From assembly GCA_964016885.1 (NCBI GenBank), contig OZ024751.1, forward strand, positions 18,600,001-18,664,000: DNA of 64,000 nt, given 5' to 3'. Under the pieces are notes generated by a model that saw nothing but the letters and a program-made list of their open reading frames with translations, was not told where the DNA came from and ran no database searches. The translations under genes were made by a program, and so were the position numbers. Position 1 is the first letter of the stretch, and each line of letters starts with the position of its first letter. Positions 57,099-64,000 of the stretch are shown one piece after another. Origin of the DNA: Eledone cirrhosa (lineage: Eukaryota).

Positions 57099-58624
57099 GC
57101 ACACAATATTTTCAAAGAAACGAAACAAAACATACTGCTACACAACTACACAACATCAAAAATAAACATACACACATAGACATATGCAACAAGAACAACA
57201 AAAACATGAACGATAGTAACAACAGCTGCACAAACTCAAAAATATACATATACGGAAGCACACAATACACAGACACATACTATACACATACATACAATAC
57301 AGGCTCAGATTCACTTATATACATACATATAGAGAGAGACAACTTAATCGCAATAACGTCAGCAACACAAATAACAATAGCAATATCAATAATAAAAACA
57401 AGAACAAAACCACAATGGCGTCTTTAAAAACAATTCCCTCTGAAGATAATCATCTGTAGCAGATATTACAAACACACGGTAAGAATGAAATCATCACCCC
57501 TAGCCTATTACGAACAAACCTTCGCCCCTACTCCAGGGCGAACGAGCCTCCACCCTTCACCCTTGAGGAGTGAGCCATTGGCCCCCAGTGCAAAATTTTT
57601 ATTCGGCGCCATTGAAGCATTTACATAACTTGAAAAACTGACAAATTATTAAAACAATATGGACGTTGTGGAACAAACGGATGTCAGCCATATTTAGTCT
57701 TTGTTGGTCGATGGGTATGTATCGGTGTGTGTGTGTGTGTGTGTATCTGCGTTCATAAATCTCTGTATGTGTATCTATCTATGTATGTGTGTATGTATCT
57801 ATGTGAGTATATATCTGAGTGTATCTATATGTGTATGTATATGTACATATCTGTGTGTGTGTATGTGTGTGTACTTACGTGTTTATTTAACTATCTTTGT
57901 GTATGTATATCTGTGTGTGTGTGTAACTATGAATGTGTATCTATGTGTGTGAATGTATCTGTATGAGTGTGTATTGAAGTGTGCGTATATCTATGTGTCT
58001 GTGTGTGTCTATCTTTGCGTTTGAATATGTGTATGTGAAGCGGTGAATTAGATATCTACTCTCTGAGTTCAAAGCCCGCCGAGGTCAACTTTATCTTTTA
58101 TCTTTTCTAGGTCGATAACAAAAATCCTAGTCTAGTAATGGGATTGCCCCCCCCCCCCCCCCCCCCCCGCTCTCTCCTCTCTCACACGCACTTTCTCGCC
58201 TTCCGTGAAAGAAATCAGATGTGTTTAGACCTGGAGAGGTTTGAAATGACTAAGTCCTGCTGTCTTTCCCACCATTGTACCCTTCCGACTTCACCACGAG
58301 TTAGGAGTCCATAAAACATACATGTATGACCAGGTTTGTTTATGTGTGTACCTGTGTCTGGGTGTACGTAAGTGGGCTTATATTGTGTCAGTGAGCTGTA
58401 GATATAAGTTTCTTAGAGAACGTCTTCAGCACTCCATTGAGAAATAAAAAAAATAATTAATAATAATAAAAGGGCAGATAACCGAGAATTTGAAATCGAT
58501 TATCGTCAGTGATATAGAGATGTCTTTTGATCAGTCTACACACACACACACATAGATTTGCCTATATTTTATCAACGTATTGAATACCTTTTATTTTTAA
58601 TTGTGGTCATCGGGAATCCACTCT

Positions 58625-58669
<45 letters not shown>

Positions 58670-60404
58670 GGTAACTCTAATTTTCTACCCACATGAAGTC
58701 GTCTTCACTGATTAACGTATACGTGTACACTCTGATTGGCTAGGTTCGACGTTTAATAATACGGACCTGATTAAATTATTGAATAAGTAAGGAAACGACT
58801 GAAGCTGTGACCATTCTATTCTATAAGCTTCCTTCCATAATTGTGTATATATATAGCAAAACGAACGTAATTTGTCACTGATGTACTGAAAATCTCAATA
58901 CATGATAGCTATAAATAGCATAGCTAACTGTAAAAGTTATTCTATATTTTTATTGTGTATATATATATACGTATATATTGTAAACGATTAATCATCACAA
59001 TATGAAAAGGTAATATTACTGTTGCCAATGCTTATGATGATGGTGATGCTGAAAATGATGACCACAAAGAGATTAAGTAGGAGTGAAAGAAGCGATTTTC
59101 TTTTTAATTGGTAGGAATAGGTTGGCGGTGGTGTGCAGTCCTATTCTATCGTAAGAAGAAAAATACTTCCTTCTCTTTCGTCATCACTTCCAGCTCCCAA
59201 AGACTCCACCCTCAGCACATCCCCAATCCACCCAAAACTACTTCTCTGTTTCTACCACCTCCAACACAACCAACTCCACTACTACAAACACCACCACCAA
59301 CATCAACACACCCAAACTATCTCCAGCACAAACACCGCCACTAACACTAATAGTAGTACAACTAGCACCACCATCACCGACACACTCAATGCTACTACCA
59401 CTACAACCACCATCAGCAATAAAGCCAACAACAACAACACCACCAACGACGACAACGACAATTATGCCAAACTATTTTTAAAAGAAATGAAACGAAAAAT
59501 GAAATATCAAACAAAATTTTATCAACACCTTTCCCCTCTATCAGCGTTCCCCTCGCCCCCCATTTAAAAGTAAACTGAATTAAACGAATTCAAACCAAAA
59601 CAAAACCAAAAATAAACTAACAAATAAACAAACAAGAACACAAAGAACAACAACAGCAAAAACAACAACAACAGACGTATATAAGAAACAATAAAAATTA
59701 GATTATTTAAACAAAACAAAAAAAAAATCATAAAACAAATACAATCAGTATAAAAGTCGTCTGCTTGTTTGAATTCAAACATTTTGGCTGGCAGCCATTT
59801 CTCTGGTTCAACGAGCTTTTAATAAAGAAGTTAAACCAATCAAACAGCCTTATCTTGGAGAAGAAACAAAAAAGAAAATAAGTACATAGCTTGGTAGCTC
59901 TTATTGTTATCGTTTATGTTGTTTTTGATGTTATTGTTCTTGTTGCTAATGCTTTAGTTGTTGTTGTTGTTGTTCCTATTGTATTTGTTGTTACTGTTCT
60001 TGTTGCGAATGTTTTAGATGTTGTTGTTTGTAATGTTTTTGTTGCTGGTTTTATTGTTGTTGTCGATATAGTTTATGTTCTTGTTTGTATTTTGTTTTTT
60101 GTTGGTGTTTTACTCTCATTATTTTCCACTCCACCACCTCATTATTGTTTTACATACAACAACAACAACAAAGAAAAAAAATCATCTTCCTTATCACCTT
60201 CTGCTCCCCCTCCCCCACTCCTCCTATCTCTATAATAAATTCACTAATAATGTTAATGAGTTCTTTTTGATTAAGGCAGGCGCAAAGACCTGAACATATT
60301 AAAGGATCGGAGACGCACAAAAGATTAAAGCTCCTAGTCTCTTGGGCACCGTTTCGCCACCTGTTTGGCTCGCTTGTTTTCTTGTGGCCTACAATCATGT
60401 CGAA

Positions 60405-61090
60405 GGTGTGTGACTTAATGGTTAGAGCGTTCAGCTCAAAATCTTAAGGTTGTAAGTTTCATTTCCGGAGGCACGTTATGTCTTTGAGCAATGCACTTTA
60501 TAACACGTTGCTCCAGTACACTAAGCTGACAAAAATCGTTTGTAATTCGATATGACTACACTTGTCACATAATATCTCCCGCTGAATTACCTTGAAAACT
60601 ACGTTGAGAGTACACGTATTTACAGAATGCTCAGACACTTGCACGTTAATTTCATGAGCAGGTTGTCCCATTGATCAAACAACTGTAACCAACTTCGACT
60701 GAAACGATGGAGGCCCCCCCAAAACACAGTCACCTTTGCTTTTGTTTCAGCTCAAGTATGGCAGAATGATTTAACTTCGCAATCAAGAGGTCACGGGTTC
60801 GACTCAGGGTGTAGCTTCTTGAGTAAGTGTAGTAATTGCAGAATCAAGTTGATGCCAACATTGTGTGTGAAACTGAGTAGACGGGAGATGTTTAGAAGCC
60901 CGTTGTATAGACTGTACCTGTAATTCAATGGTCCAGCCTTATCATATATTTCTCACGATGCTTCTTTCTAAGAATTACATTCTTAGGTACACGTGTCTGT
61001 GGAAAACTCAAAAGCTTACACGCCAATTCATTAGTTGATTCGGCTGTTCAGTTGATCGAAAAACTGAATGCTCATCTTTGAACCAAATGT
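60405..61090 (+). mobile_element. Two decayed CORE-like SINEs of a third subfamily
   Basis: tRNA-like heads at about 60405 and 60755; ctttgagcaatgcactttat; shared gtacacgt..tgctcag body, similar to about 25322-25595. Confidence 0.55.
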
Positions 61091-61363
61091 TTGATCCATC
61101 GTCCCCAAATGTGTATGTGTTTAGAAATAGCAATAAAATACCCCTCAAGTGAAGGGTTAGTGTTTAAATTGTTTGATTTACCATCGTTGTGTCTTAGGAT
61201 CGTTTCTTGGACCCAGCAGTGCCTTGTGTTTCTGGGCAAGAAGCGTCAATTCACACGGCTCCCTAGCGTTGCAACACTCAAGAAACCTTATATGAGATAC
61301 AACTTCGATAGAGACCATCGAAACCTATATAGTTGTGTGTGTATAAATGTATTGGAGCCCCTT

Positions 61364-61549
61364 GGATTGGCAGTATCGGTAGAGGGTCGGACGCCATGCC
61401 TTGCAGCAAAGAGTTACGGCCCTTTATGATCTGAGTTCAAATCCCGCCGAGGTTAACTTTGCCTTTCATCCTTACGGGGTCGATAAAATAAAGTACCAGT
61501 AATACACTGAGATAATTGCTGGCCTTGTGCCAAAGTAGAAACAATTATT
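61364..61549 (+). mobile_element. SINE family A
   Basis: Highly similar to 7784-7972. Confidence 0.9.
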
Positions 61550-61912
61550 CAAACACCCAAGAAAAGCGTATTTGAAATGCTGCTTCCTGAAAGGAGGTCA
61601 GCTAAGCTACATAGTGTGTTAGTGTGTGCATGTGTATGTGTGTTTGTGTGTATGTATGTTAGTGTGTATGATGTATAGTATACATTTTATACGAATACTC
61701 AAAAGAAGAACAAAAAGAAACACAACAGAACGATTTTAAAACGAAATTCTTCTAGAGCAACTGACAAAACCACCTCCCCTGCAAACTCCACCGCCGCACT
61801 TTATCAACCCTACCGCCAACACCACCACCATCTTGAACTTTCTTTTCATCATCATTGGAGATCATAAGCGGTTGATGATCATTTTCCAGACAATTAGTGG
61901 TCATTCTCTTTA

Positions 61913-61986
<74 letters not shown>

Positions 61987-63330
61987 AACAGACACACACA
62001 CACACACATATATATCAATGTATATATATATATTAATGTGTATATATATATCAATGTGTATTTATATATATTTATATATATATATATATATATCAATGTG
62101 AATGTATATATATATGAATATATATCAATGTATGTATTTATTTATATATATATAAATATATAAATATATATATATACTTAGACATAGTATATACGTATAC
62201 ATATATACTATGTCTAAGTATATATATATATATATTTATATATATACATATATATATACATACATTGATATATATGCACACACACAGACACACACAAACA
62301 TACACACACTCACACACGTTAACGATAATGTATCTCAGTAATAGAATACTACTTATTATAAATTTAACAATTCAATAATGCTAATGAAAATACCATCCGC
62401 CAGAAATTCTTACTTATTTTTCGAAAGCAGCACTCATATTTCTGAAGAATGGTCTCTGATTTCTTTACATATCTATTTTGTAATGCACCACCGATCCACC
62501 ACGCTAGCATCACTACACCATCACCTCAACCATCTCCTCCGTTATTGCTCACAGCACATGTTGGCCCATGATTGAGTCTGTAGTTGTAGTGGTAGTACTT
62601 ATGTTTTAAGGTTGATTGTGGTGGTATGTATGTATGTATGTGTGTATGTATGTGTGAATGTATGTGTGTATGTATGTGTGAATGTATGTATGTGTGTATG
62701 TATGTATGTGTGTATGTATGTATGTATGTATGTGTGAATGTATGTGTGAATGTATGTGTGTATGTATGTATGTATGTATGTATGTGTATGTATGTATGTA
62801 TGTATGTGTGTATGTATGTGTGTGTGAATGTATGTATGTGTGTATGTATGTATGTATGTGTGAATGTATGTGTGAATGTATGTGTGTGTATGTATGTATG
62901 TATGTATGTATGTATGTGTGAATGTATGTGTGAATGTATGTGTGAATGTATGTGTGTGTATGTATGTATGTATGTATGTATGTATGTGTGTATGTATGTG
63001 TGTGTTCTTCTGGTTTTATAATTTCACAAAGTTTTACCAATAGAGAGAGAGAGTCGGTTTCTAACATAGACACAAGACTCTCTCATTGGAATTTACACAG
63101 CATCAACTAGGTAGATATATATATGCATGCATGTGTAGATACGGATGTTATTGTATGTGCGGATGTGTGTTTTGAGTTATATGTGTGCATGTGTATATGC
63201 TTTGTATCTGTACATGTGTATATGCACTTATTAGATGCAACATTTTTGGAATGTTTTACATATTTTTACTGTTCCATTAATGTATGTGTGTATGTATGTG
63301 TGTGTATGTATATGTATGTGTGTGTGTGTA

Positions 63331-63365
<35 letters not shown>

Positions 63366-63513
63366 ATGTACTCGTAACTCCTGGTGGAGTCGCACGGGCA
63401 ACTCTAGCGATATACGGCGTTTCTTGAGCATTTTAAACCTTGCCGTGCTCATTCTCTATCCAGGACTGAACATAGACGATTTTTTTCTAGAGGAGGTGAG
63501 AGAGAGAAATGGG

Positions 63514-63592
<79 letters not shown>

Positions 63593-64000
63593 AGAAAGAA
63601 GTGGGAAAGAGATATTGAGGAAAATACCCTAGTGTAGGACAGGTACTTCCTTTATCGATCTCAAAAGGATGAAAGGCAATGATGACCTTGGTAGAATTTA
63701 AAATCAGAATTTTGAGAGCCGGAACGAATATCGCACAGTATTCTATCCGACTTTCAAAATATTCAGTCAATTCGCTTCTTATTTTGTTCTGTGGTAAAAC
63801 TTCTTACAGTAAACGTGAGTTATCAAATTGGAAACTTCTACGTGGTTTTCTTGATTTACTAGAAATAGTAGTAAAATCTTCCGCATATGAACGCACATTG
63901 CTTAGAGATCGGCGTGTTGGATTCACAATCATAGTTCGTGGGTTCAATTCTCTGAGTAGGCAAACACGTTGCTTTCCGTGATTAGACCAGGGTCCCTCTC

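Overview
AT-rich, microsatellite-saturated animal genomic DNA; the repeat landscape suggests a coleoid cephalopod, probably Octopus (inference). Only one protein-coding segment is supportable: a 190-bp AG/GT-flanked exon (7488-7677, +) encoding LIM domain 1 of an Islet-class LIM-homeodomain factor (ISL1/ISL2/tailup). I saw neither the preceding nor the following exon, so most of the window is probably intronic, with more than 56 kb after this exon. Nearly all other listed ORFs are translations of simple repeats. The non-coding DNA contains about 20 copies of a tRNA-headed SINE, several CORE-like SINEs, non-autonomous RTE-derived elements, two short Helitrons and a 4.3-kb 21-bp minisatellite. 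The most notable signal is a set of short (TA)n-embedded, often folded-back elements carrying type I hammerhead-ribozyme motifs, resembling Penelope-like pLTR remnants. Several have recurrent non-canonical features (U.U at the base of stem II, a CAGAAGA core), and most lie on the sense strand of the Islet pre-mRNA. All structures were paired by eye; no folding or database search was run.
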